Below, one piece after another: positions 7,196-20,806 of a stretch of 64,000 bases of DNA (positions within the stretch are counted from its first letter, which is position 1; each line of letters starts with the position of its first letter). This DNA is from Macrostomum lignano (lineage: Eukaryota): the NCBI GenBank assembly GCA_002269645.1, contig NIVC01001470.1:5944-69943 (forward strand). The letters are read 5' to 3'. Made by a program: the position numbers and the translations under genes. The notes beneath the pieces are model-generated. The model made no database searches. It saw nothing but the letters and a program-made list of their open reading frames with translations, and was not told where the DNA came from.

Positions 7196-8968
7196 ATGTG
7201 GCTGTCGAGCTTTTTGGCATTTGCTCTGCTTGCTCTCGCATGCGGTGAAGTTTACTTCAAGGAGGAGTTTTTAGATGGTAAGTTAGTTCTCGCTCTGACG
7301 TTTATTTTGTTTAGATTCTCAAATTCCCTTGTGTTGCTGCAATACTAGAATAGGGCATTGTCTTGTTGGTTTTCTTCATTTCAACCATATCAGAATATTA
7401 AAGTAACTAAAAATAGTATTGAAATCATTCCATTCTTTTTAACTTTGCACATTCAAGCAGTTAAAATAACCCCCTTGTGTTAGCTTTGCATTTTGTTCTA
7501 AAAGAATAAACTGTGGTTACTGGTTTACTTTTTTATAGTTTTTGAAAGATAATTCATTAAAAAGGCTTCTATTATTGAGTATGAGAGAGAAAGGAAGTAT
7601 AGGTTTCTAGCTAGCTACTTTAATTTAATTGTAACATATTATAAGATTGTTTTATAACTTCACAATTTTTTTGTTTCCTTAAAGACTATTTGTATATATA
7701 TATATTGCCTATCTTTACATTTTTCTATGTTTCTCCTAATGTAAAATCCTTTGATTTAAATATTTATTTTTTTCTTTTAATTTTAATTATATGCTTTGCT
7801 AATTTGTCTTCACAAAATATTTATTTCAGAGTCATGGAAGGATCGGTGGGTAGAGTCAACCTACAAGGGTAATGACCAAGGCAAATGGGAATGGACTGCT
7901 GGCAAGTTCTACAATGATGCTGAAAAGGACAAGGGAATAAAAACCTCCCAGGATGCCAAATTTTATGGCATCAGTGCCAAGTTCAACTCTCCATTCTCCA
8001 ATGCTGGCAAGACTCTGGTGATCCAATTCCAGGTCAAGCATGAGCAGAACATTGACTGCGGTGGTGGCTATGTCAAAGTCCTTGGCAGCGATGTTGACCA
8101 GAAGAACTTCCACGGCGACACACCCTACAAGATCATGTTTGGTCCTGATATCTGCGGCCCTGGCACTAAGAAGGTGCACGTTATCTTCAACTACAAGGGC
8201 AAGAATTTGCTCACCAAGAAGGAGATTCGCTGCAAGGATGACGAGCTAAGCCACCTGTACACCCTGATTGTGAAGCCTGACAACACCTACGAGGTGCTGA
8301 TTGACAACGAGCGAGCCGAAGGTGGAGAACTCGAGGCCGACTGGGACTTCCTGCCACCCAAGAAGATCAAGGATCCGGCCGCCAAGAAGCCAGACGACTG
8401 GGACGAGCGCGAGAAAATTGACGACCCGAACGACAAGAAGCCGGAGGACTGGGACAAGCCCAAGACCATCCCGGATCCCAAGGCCAAGAAGCCGGACGAC
8501 TGGGACGACGAGATGGACGGCGAATGGGAGCCGCCGATGATTGACAACCCGGACTACAAGGGCGACTGGAAGCCCAAGCAGATTGACAACCCGGCCTACA
8601 AGGGCAAGTGGATCCACCCGGAGATTGACAACCCGGACTACTCGCCGGACCCCGAGCTGTACAAGTACACCGACATCGGCGCCATCGGCTTCGACCTGTG
8701 GCAGGTGAAATCTGGCTCCATCTTCGACAACGTCTTCGTTGGCGACGACCCGGCCGAGGCCAAGGCCTTCGCCGACGAGACCTTCAAGAAGACCGTCGAA
8801 GGCGAGAAGAAGATGAAGGAGAAGCAGGACGAGGAGGACAAGAAGAAGGCGGAGGAAGAGGAGAAGAAGCGCAAAGAGGAGGAGGAGAAGAAGAAGGCCG
8901 AGGAGGGCGACAAGAAGGAAGCGGACAAGAAGGAGGACGACAAGAAGGACACCAAGGACGAGCTGTAG
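7196..8968 (+). CDS. CALR: Calreticulin; exons 7196-7277 and 7830-8968, 406 aa
   Basis: Exon 1 encodes signal peptide MWLSSFLAFALLALACG-EVYFKEEFLD. GTAAGT...TTTCAG intron with matching phase. KHEQNIDCGGGYVK, MFGPDICG, P-domain repeats (IxDPxAxKPEDWD), acidic tail, C-terminal KDEL. AATAAA at 9086-9091. Confidence 0.97.
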
Positions 8969-10980
8969 AGAGCGGCTTCCGTTGCCTAGGGCCTCTGTAT
9001 TTGCGGTTGGGCGGCTGGCACTCCAACTAGTTTATAAATAGTTCTTAAATTTCAATTTCGAGCTCACGCAACAAAATTTTGGCTGAATAAATTGACACGC
9101 AAAACGGCATTTCCAGCGGCCCCGTGCAACTGCAACTCCCTCTGTCTGCTTTCCTGTGTCGAATAGCCATCTCTCTCTCGTACCGCACAATATTTGTCCC
9201 TATCCCGGCATAGATGTGGTAGAACTAATTACACCTGGTGGATCAGCTATTATCTATCGTTGTTATTAATAATACTCCCAATATAGTAAGTAGCTAGACT
9301 TAATTAACGTTGCTTAATGATTTTTTACTCCTTTTCTCTCCATCCAGCGGACATTTTGTCACTCTGAGCCCCGACTGCTTGTTAGTTAAAAAGGGAAAGT
9401 TTTTTATACGTTCATTATTGTTATTTATTTGTTAGAATGATTCTAATTAATACACGCTTAAGCCTAATTTTTTGCACACATTTTTTGGTTGCAATCGGAG
9501 GCACAAGTTTCCATGCTTCACAATATAAAACCATAATTGCCACACTGATCCCAGGCCCATGCGCAATAATTGTGCCAATGCTAACCAAAATAAATGCCAT
9601 CCCGTTTAAAACTGGGTCTAGTAATAGCCATATTATTATATAGTAGCGCCCAGTCAACCAGGGGCTGCAATAATTACTTTTCTTATTTGTAATATTGAAA
9701 TCTATCGGAACTCACCCAGTGTCTTTGTTTGGCCACAACAAACCCCGCAATGATTTGTTTAAAACTTCCCGCTCCTTGCTCTGGTGTCATTTAAATAAAC
9801 CCAACCTTCTGTCTGTTTCCTTCGATTATATATCGACTATTTATGTTGTCACGTTGAGTAAATATATAATATCTCTGTTTTTTGGAACTCATTCTGTTAT
9901 GCGAAACTATGCTAAATAATAAATAAATAAATATGGAATGTTTAGAACAAATTAACTATGTTCAAAGATCTTACATACACAATCTCAAAGGTAATATATG
10001 ATATAATATATGAGTAATTATGTTATAGTCTAATTAGCGCGCAAAACAGCTATAAAGTGCTTGTAAACTACTGATCTCGAATTTGTCAGTAGTCTTGCCG
10101 CAACTTTTATTTCTACCAGATATCATCACTGGTTCTAGCTCGTAATACATGTAGCTTTACATGAAAAGACGAAGCAGAACTCTGAAAATTAGTGCTATTT
10201 TCGTGAAGTCAAAGAAAAAAGACTCGAATGAACTGCAACTATTTATTCTCTACTAATAGTAGAGCTTATAGAACCGCGTTTAGCAAACAAAATTGTTGAA
10301 ACTGTTGGAATGCAGCTCAATCTTAGTGGTCCTACGTGTGCTGTGCATGTACAGTATGTGCTGGTCCGATCTATTTATAAAGACCAAGTTTCAAATTTGC
10401 ATAAGAGAAAAAAGCACAGCAATTCTTCTTTCGGCAAAAAAGACGGCCAAGTCCGCGAAACTAAACTGTGCCAATTGCAAGTCATTCCAAGGCAAACAAC
10501 ATTTTATTGGCACACTTTACAGCCTAAATTTATCCATTCTGATTCTCTCGCCGTCTGTCTCCTGTCAGCTCTAATTCACAGAAGTGTAGTGTGCAGGTGC
10601 AGGTGCGTTCATAAACTCAACTCTTGACACGCCTAAAAGGGGGCGGTTGTGCGCGAGTACGTGCGTCTACGAATACGTTACAGATTCATTATATGCAGAG
10701 AAATGCTAAAAAAGCGAAACAGAAAAACACCCGAACACCGAGACAGCTATAAGCTCTATTTGCGCTTATAAACAGCTCGTCCTGTCTGCACACCAACTAT
10801 TAGCTAAAGTGTCAACTTTACTCTCCGTGGGTCTCTCAGTTAAACTGCAGAACTTTGATATACACCTATAACAGCACTGCTTAGTTGCTCAGCGACCTCC
10901 GAGTGTGACCCGATGCTGACCGACAGATCGATGTGAGTTCGTTTATAATACACAATTTTTTATTCCCCTTACAGGTGTAT

Positions 10981-12600
10981 GTTTGATTCCCATGCAGATA
11001 TTTTGTTTACCCTGCAGATATCTGTTTGATTCCGCTGCAGATTAGCTGTTTGATTCCGCTGAAGATAGCTGTTTGATTCCCCTACAGATATCTGTTTGAT
11101 TCCCCTTACAGATATCTGTTTGATTCCCCTTACAGATATCTGCTTGATTCCCCTACAGATATCTGCTTGATTCCGCTGCAGATATCTGCTTGATTCCCCT
11201 ACAGATATCTGTTTGATTCCCCTACAGATATCTGTTTGATTCCCTACAGATATCTGTTTGATTCCCCTACAGATATCTGTTTGATTCCCTACAGATATCT
11301 GTTTGATTCCGCTGCAGATATCTGCTTGATTCCCCTACAGATATCTGTTTGATTCCCCTACAGATATCTGCTTGATTCCGCTGCAGATATCTGCTTGATT
11401 CCCCTTACAGATATCTGCTTGATTCCGCTGCAGATATCTGTTTGATTCCCCTACAGATATCTGTTTGATTCCGCTGCAGATATCTGTTTGATTCCCCTTA
11501 CAGATATCTGCTTGATTCCGCTGCAGATATCTGTTTGATTCCCCTACAGATATCTGTTTGATTCTCTACAGATATCTGTTTGATTCCCCTACAGATATCT
11601 GTTTGATTCCCTACAGATATCTGTTTGATTCCGCTGCAGATATCTGCTTGATTCCCCTACAGATATCTGTTTGATTCCCCTTACAGATATCTGCTTGATT
11701 CCGCTGCAGATATCTGCTTGATTCCCCTTACAGATATCTGCTTGATTCCGCTGCAGATATCTGTTTGATTCCCCTACAGATATCTGTTTGATTCCGCTGC
11801 AGATATCTGTTTGATTCCCCTTACAGATATCTGCTTGATTCCGCTGCAGATATCTGTTTGATTCCCCTACAGATATCTGCTTGATTCCCCTACAGATATC
11901 TGTTTGATTCCCATACAGATATCTGTTTGATTCCCCTACAGATATCTGTTTGATTCCCCTACAGATATCTGTTTGATTCCCCTACAGATATCTATTTGAT
12001 TCCCCTACAGATATCTGTTTGATTCCCCTACAGATATCTGTTTGATTCCCCTACAGATATCTGTTTGATTCCCCTACAGATATCTGTTTGATTCCCCTAC
12101 AGATATCTGTTTGATTCCCCTACAGATATCTGTTTGATTCCCCTACAGATATCTGTTTGATTCCCCTACAGATATCTGTTTGATTCCCCTACAGATATCT
12201 GTTTGATTCCCCTACAGATATCTGTTTGATTCCCCTACAGATATCTGTTTGATTCCCCTACAGATATCTGTTTGATTCCCCTACAGATATCTGTTTGATT
12301 CCCCTACAGATATCTGTTTGATTCCCCTACAGATATCTGTTTGATTCCCCTACAGATATCTGTTTGATTCCCCTACAGATATCTGTTTGATTCCCCTACA
12401 GATATCTGTTTGATTCCCCTACAGATATCTGTTTGATTCCCCTACAGATATCTGTTTGATTCCCCTACAGATATCTGTTTGATTCCCCTACAGATATCTG
12501 TTTGATTCCCCTACAGATATCTGTTTGATTCCCCTACAGATATCTGTTTGATTCCCCTACAGATATCTGTTTGATTCCCGTGCAGATTATCTGTTTGAAT
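10981..12600. repeat. 23-bp minisatellite (TTTGATTCCCCTACAGATATCTG)n, about 70 units
   Basis: Direct tandem units with palindromic core CAGATATCTG. Variant units to about 11900, homogeneous after that. Confidence 0.95.
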
Positions 12601-12917
12601 TTCCCTAACAGGTGTCTGTAACAAACTTTTTGAAATATTTTCCATAATTTGAAAATTTACAGAACGCGCGGCAGTGGCTACCACCTGACCGGCCGTTTAA
12701 CTGCGGGCTACTCAACCTTGCAGCCTCCATCAGCCGCTGCAACTCAGGAGACAATTGCACAATTCCGATTGCCGAAGCTGCCAGCCGAGCCCCCGGCAAC
12801 GAAGCTGACACGTCGGAAAGCAACGAAATTTGGCGCCGAGACATCCGGCGTCTACACCAGATACGGCTTCGTTGCAGAGTAACGCAACACTTACTTACCT
12901 TTTCTTTCTTTTCCCAA

Positions 12918-13352
12918 CAATTAGGCTCCCTCTTCCCCGAGAATTAGGCTCCCTCTTCCCCGAGAATTAGGCACCCTTTTACGGGAGTATTAGGCTTCCT
13001 CTTCGCCGAGAAGTAGGCTCCCTCTTCTTCCGAGAATTACATGTAGTTCCCTCTTCTCCCGAGAATTCGGCTCCCTCTTCTCCCGAGAATTAGGCTCCCT
13101 CTTCCCCGAGAATTAGGCTCCCTCTTCCCCAAGAAGTAGGCTCCCTCTTCCCCGAGAATTAGGCTCCCTCTTCTCCCGAGGATTAGGCTCCCTCTTCCTC
13201 GAGAATTAGGCTCCCTCTTCCTCGAGAATTAGGCTCCCTCTTCCCCAAGAAGTAGGCTCCCTCTTCCCCGAGAATTAGGCTCCCTCTTCTCCCGAGGATT
13301 AGGCTCCCTCTTCCTCGAGAATTAGGCTCCCTCTTCCCCCCGAGAATTAGGA
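12918..13352. repeat. About 23-bp minisatellite (AATTAGGCTCCCTCTTCCCCGAG)n
   Basis: About 18 imperfect tandem units. Confidence 0.9.
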
Positions 13353-13440
13353 GCCCCTTCAGCGCAAACAGGCACATGAAAACAGAACATGAAAGATCAA
13401 AGCTCATGAAACCCTGCAAACTCGCCCATGCAGCAGTCAG

Positions 13441-14590
<1,150 letters not shown>

Positions 14591-15596
14591 CTACGCTATC
14601 TGATTAGTAGCACTGCACGCTAAGCTGCTTATTTATTATGAAATACAATGCAACTTTTGGGCTAGCACAGCACTTTATTTTATCAACAATAACAGTTAGT
14701 TGAAAATAACTAAAAAACGACAGCATTTAAACCAGTAGTGATATCAATATTGAACTAATAGATAGATATAATAAACAGTGTTCCATTACAGACGATTGTT
14801 TGTCATGCAAAAGCGAAGTAAACTGCAGTCTCTCAAATGCTAATCTTGGATTTTTGAGATATAAAACTCAATAAGTGTAGTAGCAAGTATAGTCAGTATA
14901 GCTTATTATATAGGAATTCTTAATAAAGCATTGGCAGAACAAAACGACATGGACCTAAACCGCATTGATTTAAACAAACTGAAACACATAAGTATAGCTG
15001 GAATGCCACTTGATACATAGATTTATAGTTGGCAAAAAAAACTCACATCTAGTTAAATTTAAACAAAAGCCAGAATAATCAGTTGTTTTTTAGCACGCCA
15101 GCGCATCAAGAAGTGCATTAGTTAGACAATTGCAACTAAACGAAAGAATTAGCGAAAATTTCAAACGGTTGTTTTACATTTACTTAAACAATTTCTATAA
15201 TTTTCTATATCGCATTCACAATGCTCCTTGGTAACCCGCGCCACAATGTACAGTGTACTAGAAGAAGTACATCGTTCTATTTATAGCTTTTCAATGGACG
15301 TAGAAAGGGCAGGGAGTTAGGCGGGGTGGAGGGATGGGGTGGATTGATAACAGACCGAGAGTACGCGGGAAGTGGAGAGAATATTTGAATGTACATGCTA
15401 CAACGAATAGAAATGTACGAAGGGAATGGGGTTCATTGTAAAGTACATATCGCGAAAATTGTAAAGTACATATTGTAGTGTACATTGTAAAGTACATATC
15501 GTCACGAGTCGAAATTTAGCAGTTTAGATATGTTGTTTTTGCCTTTTTTCAACAAACTGTCAGTAAAAGTAAGCCAATGAGTTGCTAATTAAACAT

Positions 15597-18500
15597 CTAA
15601 TTAATGGAGAAGGGTGCAGACTTTCTCTTCCTTGCTCCAGTAGGCACAGTTGCCATCGGCGCGACCATGAACTCGTACTCAGGCCTGCTCTCCTCCACCG
15701 GTGACGATTGTCTCACCTGAAAACAATTCAAGATTATAGGAATTAATAAATGTATGCTATATGAAATTCTCAAGATTTTCACACAAAGCTTTTATCAAGC
15801 TTCACAAACTTGGCATAACCCGCCGGCCAATTTTGTGAACAAGTCGCAAATGATCACGTGACCGCGCACGGAATCAAACCAGGGGTCGTGGCGTGAGAGT
15901 CGGATGCGCGTTCACCGCTGAGCTGCCCTGCCCCACCCCTTCCGGAACTTACTTTCGGAGGCTCGGGCGTCACAGAGTCGATCTCGTGAGCCTCCTTTAA
16001 GTGCCGATTGAGTAGTTCGAATGTCGGATAGGAGCCGCCGCACTCTGAGCACAGATAGGCCTCGGCATCGGCGAACTGATGGAGAAAAAAAAAGTTGTTG
16101 CGTCATGCTTCAAAAATGGAGCACAAGATCAACTTATTGAGTCCGCATCACCTCAATGTCATCGACAATCTCGAAGTGCTGATGATAATCGTCTCTGTCG
16201 GACGCGTCTCCAGCATCGATGGCTGAATTATTGTCAAACCGCTGCTCCGAGCTCGACTGAGCCGGTTGCGGCGGCGACAAGGGTGAGGACTCATCTTTTC
16301 CATTAGCAGCATCGGCCAGAACCAGACTGCCGGGAATTTCTGCAGCCTCTTCCTCCCCTGCCTCGGCTTCATCAGCGGCATGGTTCTGAATGACGACTAG
16401 ATTAGAATGCACGCTAGCCAGATGGTCCCGCAGGCGGCCGGCAGTGAGAAAGGCCCGAGGACACTGCGAGCACCGATGCGGCAGGGACAGCAGCGGACCC
16501 TGATCAGCTGTTGAGGGCAGCGTAGGCGTTGAAGCAGCGCGTTAGCTGACGAAGGAGTCATGGCAGCAGTGGCAGCAGCCGCGGCAGCCGCAGCAGCAGC
16601 CGCAGCCCGCCGATGACTCGGTCCGTAGAACTGCGGATGACACTTAGACCGGTGGACAACCAGGCCTAGCGAGGAGGAGAACTGCGACGGACAGATGTCG
16701 CAGGGAAAAGCCAGCGGCTGGTGTTGCGCCGGGTTCAGACGAGGCGCTTTTGCGGCTGGTGGAGCGTCGGCTCCGGCAAAGCTCCTGGTGCCACGACAGC
16801 TGGTTCGCAAGTGGGCCTCCAGCACATCTTTTCGGCAGTAGGTCTTGCCGCAGTTCGGGCAGGGGACTCGCTCGCGCTCCGGCTGGGTAGTTACTCGCTG
16901 CAGCGGCTGCTGGGGTCGTGAGTCAGCTGGGCCAGTCAGACCCATGAGGCTCCTGCGGGTTGCGTGCATTTTGTACATATTAGACTCGGTTTTTTGGTAT
17001 AATTTCTTAGTGTCTTAGATGCTTGCCTATCTGTCTTCTTGTCAGTCTTACCTAGCAACAGAGGGCTGCTGCTGAGGCGGCGCCGGTGGCGGCATCTGCC
17101 GCTGTCTGACCTGCTGCTGAGCAACTTTATTCAGACTGCAGACGGCGGTGTGCCGGTCGAGCGACGCCCTATCAGTGAAAGTCTCGTTGCACATCGAGCA
17201 CTCGTGCTCCTCGTCTTCGCAGTCCAGCAGCAGCATCTGGCCAGAGGCGGCCTCATCCGATTCCTCCTCGTCCTGCTGTCCGAGGTCGCCGCGGCTGTTT
17301 GGAAGAGCAGAGGTGCCGTGCTGCTGGCAGAACCGACGATGGACAGTCAGATTATCAGCGTACTGGAATGTCCGATGGCACATATCGCAGCGGTGGCTGC
17401 TGCCAGTTTCTGGGATCACCTGTACAGAAGTCGACGGACACACTTCAGATTGGAGCTGCTGCTGCTGTTCCTGTTGCTTCTGAGCCTCGCAGAAGTGGCG
17501 CGCTAAATGGCAGGGCATGCGGAATTCGCGATGGCAGAGCTTGCAACTAACCGAATCGTTGGAGTGAACCACGCTGTGCTTAACGAGGTTGGCAGTGGAG
17601 CTGAAGGACCTGCCGCACTCAGTGCAGTCAAATTTGGCTGCAGACTGCTGGCCCGTCGGAGTGTTGGAAGGTCAGATTGATTGAGTCAAGGCGGGAGTTT
17701 ATAGAAAACTGTTTAGTTAAGTTTAAATATTAAATAAACTGCATTTGCTCACACATCATTACAAGATTATAAAAATGTAAGTTTACCTGTAAAACAGCGA
17801 AGATATTATTTGTTGACTTATATTTTGGCATGATCTTCTCAATAATAGTTTTAGGGTTTCTGAATTTGGAATCCTTATAACTGGATCAGATCTGACAGAT
17901 TGACATCGATGAAACACTGTGGGGCAGGGGGCTTCGTTCAAACGAACGATAGACATTAGACGAGGTCCAGTTGCCATAGACTATTACTTTCGAGCTGTTC
18001 AGGGATGATGCGTTTCCAGAATTTCCTCATTCATTCGTGGGGACTGCTTAACTTGACATGCGGACAAAATATGCTGAGCAAAAATGGCCTAATAGCGGTT
18101 TCTGGTAATAACGCTGGTGATTATCAAGTGGTTCCTGCACAACCCCCAATGTAAACCCGTACAATCTACAAAGTAAAGGAAGAATGTGAAACAGCTAAGA
18201 TTGTAGAGGAAGAGGGTAGGGCGTGGAGAAATATGAGAGCAAAGTTTATAGAATAATTACGAGGGGCCTATAAAAGCAAGATCCCATACGTTTTCACCAC
18301 GTAAAAATACTCACATGCGATGTTGATCCGTCCATGGGTACTCCAGCCATGGAGACTAGGTCTCCCATCTCCAGCTCGCCGTCGGCCAGCGCTTCGGCGA
18401 AGCAGCGTCCGAGATGATCGCACAGGAAGTACCTGTCAGCGAAGACTTTGCCACACTTCGGACAGCCGGCCCGAGACGAGGCCGCCAATGTCCAGCTGCC

Positions 18501-20806
18501 AGTGTCAGAGATCTGCAGACGGCCTTCCATGGACAAGTCCTCGCCTCTGTCGCCGCTGTCGTTGCCGTCCTGGTCTAGACAAGCAGCATTGGTCAGTCCG
18601 TTAGAAGACTTCAACACACCGGTGCCGAACTTGTGCACCCGATTGTGCTGAGCCAGGCTGCGCGCCGACGGAAAGCAGGACTGGCAGATGCTGCAGAAAT
18701 GCCGGTCGGGTCGGTCTTGCGATGCCGACATCGACACCGAGGATGGAGATGATGAAGGTGAGGCTTCTGGTGACAGCTCGCCTGGTTCTCTAGCGCTGGC
18801 AGCGGCAGCAGTATCAGATTGACTGACCGCAGCCCAGTGCACTCGAATGTGGAGCAAAAGACTGCGCCGGCTGCTGTGCACTGTGTGACAGAGGTGGCAC
18901 ATGAAGCGGACTAAGCGGTCTGACTCGCCGTCTTCCGACTCGTCATCAGCGGGTGGCAGCGGCTCGTCGGTGGCCTGGTGTCGTTCAACTAGATGTCGCT
19001 TTAACTCATCGGCAGAGCCGAATGCGGCCTCGCAGCAGTGACAGACGAACACGATGTCTTCCTCGTCCCCTTCTTCAACGTCGTTAGCAAAGTCCTCCGT
19101 AGGTTCATCGGCTGTCTGCGGCTGGGTCCCCTGCTTGGACATCGACGGGCCGTACTTGTGAATCCGCAGGTGCTGACTGAGGCTACTGGGCTTGTCAAAT
19201 ACTCGGCCGCACTCGCCGCAACGACAGACCTCGTTGTTAAAGGCATTCGTCTTGATTCTCAGCGTCACCTTGCTCGAAGATGAATCCGGTGCAGCCGTTT
19301 CTGCCGCTGCACCTGTCACTCCACCAGAAATAGACGATGTCGACGCAGTCTCCATCAGCGGCACAGTGATGCTGATACCGTTCTTCTTGCGCGCCTCGCG
19401 TCGCTTTAGCGCTCGCTCCGACATCTCCTTGGGGTTACCGCAGGCGCTAATCTGGCTGGGTACAAATCGAAGAGGAACAATGCCGAATTTTCCAGCCTTC
19501 CACTCCTGGTACTGCTCATGGTGGAAGTAGATGCAGTGCTTGCCCATGCCCTTGGAGAAGATTAGCTCGCCGCAGAACGGACACGGTGTGGCCTGCTTGT
19601 CATCGTCGAAATGGGTGGGGTTAGCAGCAGCGGCGGGCGCGGTTGCGGCTGCTCCTGACGCCTTGTTGCCGTTGCAAATGACTTCAGCAGACGCCGATTT
19701 CACGGAGGGCGGCGGTGTCGACGGCGTGGGTGTGGCCGGATCGGATTCGTCCAACTCAATTTCTTCTTTATCCATCGATCGCTGATCTGCATCCTCTTGC
19801 ATCTCGTCGATGGTAATCTCATCCGACTGCTTTGTGAACTGATCGTACTCGTTGAGCGTCTGGCTGAGGATGTCCGGGTTTGGTTTCACGTAACGCAGCT
19901 GAACGGAGCCGAACTTGCCGTTCTTCCAGCTCGTGTACTCATCGAGGTGGTGATTGACACAATGCTTGGCGAGGCCTTTGATTGTAGTTTTGTGCGTGAT
20001 GCAGAACGGGCAGTTGATGTCGAGTGGATTCTCGTTGGTGTTAAACTCCAACTTGCCTTCCTTGCTCATAAAGAACGGCGCCGTGGTTGCTAGCTGAGTC
20101 TTCAGCTTTGATCGTTTCCCAGGCCGCTGCGCTAGAAGACCATTAGAGCTTGGAATTCTACGGATTGGCTCCGGTGTTGGCGCAGCCTTCGTCTGCAGTT
20201 GCTGGTCGTTGGTGGATGGGCCAGACAGGTTGGTGGAGTCATCATCGACCTCGTCAGCACCATCTAGAACCATGCCTGTGACCAACGGCTCTTCTGTGTC
20301 CTCGACAATCGGCGGGCCCGTCCTTTTCATGGCTACACCAGCAGCACTGGACACGGAAGACTCCTCGGAGGCGTGAAAACTGCGGATCATCTCCTTGGTC
20401 AGGTCCATTAGGCGGATGCTGCGGCCAAACCAGCCGGACTTCCAGGCGGCGTACACACCATTGTGGAAGCACATGTAGTGCTTAGCAACGCCCTTCTTGC
20501 TCTTGATGGTGCCGCTGCACTCTGGGCAGACAATGACGACCTCATCTAGCGACGCTTGACTGACGGAGCCGACGTTGGTCACTGGCACTGTTAGCGTGAG
20601 GATGTCTCCCTTTGCAGCGGACACCATCCGTTGATGGTCGTCGGAGGATGCCGAATCAGCCAAGTTCACCCCGGGCTGGCCCTGCCCACCAGGCTGTGGG
20701 CGTGGTGCTTCTTGCGCAGGTGCTTGTTGAGACTCTTCTCGGACGAATAGGCCTTAGTGCACAGGCGGCAGTGGTGAAACGGACTGTCGTCCAGTTTGAG
20801 GCTCAT
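15597..20806 (-). CDS. Multi C2H2/C2HC zinc-finger protein (about 16 fingers); exons 20806-18315, 17647-17052, 16952-16152, 15716-15597; two apparent 1-nt deletions (about 20700 and 16540)
   Basis: Many CxxC...HxxxH/C motifs. All three introns have GT-AG ends and matching phases (0, 2, 0). Frame switches join finger CRLC...HLRKKH to the 791-aa ORF, and finger CSQC...HLASVH to the upstream ORF. Ends in an NLS-like RKRKS. Confidence 0.85.

Noticed and set aside
7856-9030. Overlapping ORFs on both strands of calreticulin
   Set aside because: They result from high GC3 suppressing stops in alternative frames.
10981-12600. CRISPR-like look of the 23-bp palindromic array (also the 34-bp array at 40607-41330)
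   Set aside because: The units are contiguous with no unique spacers, there are no cas genes, and the context is eukaryotic.
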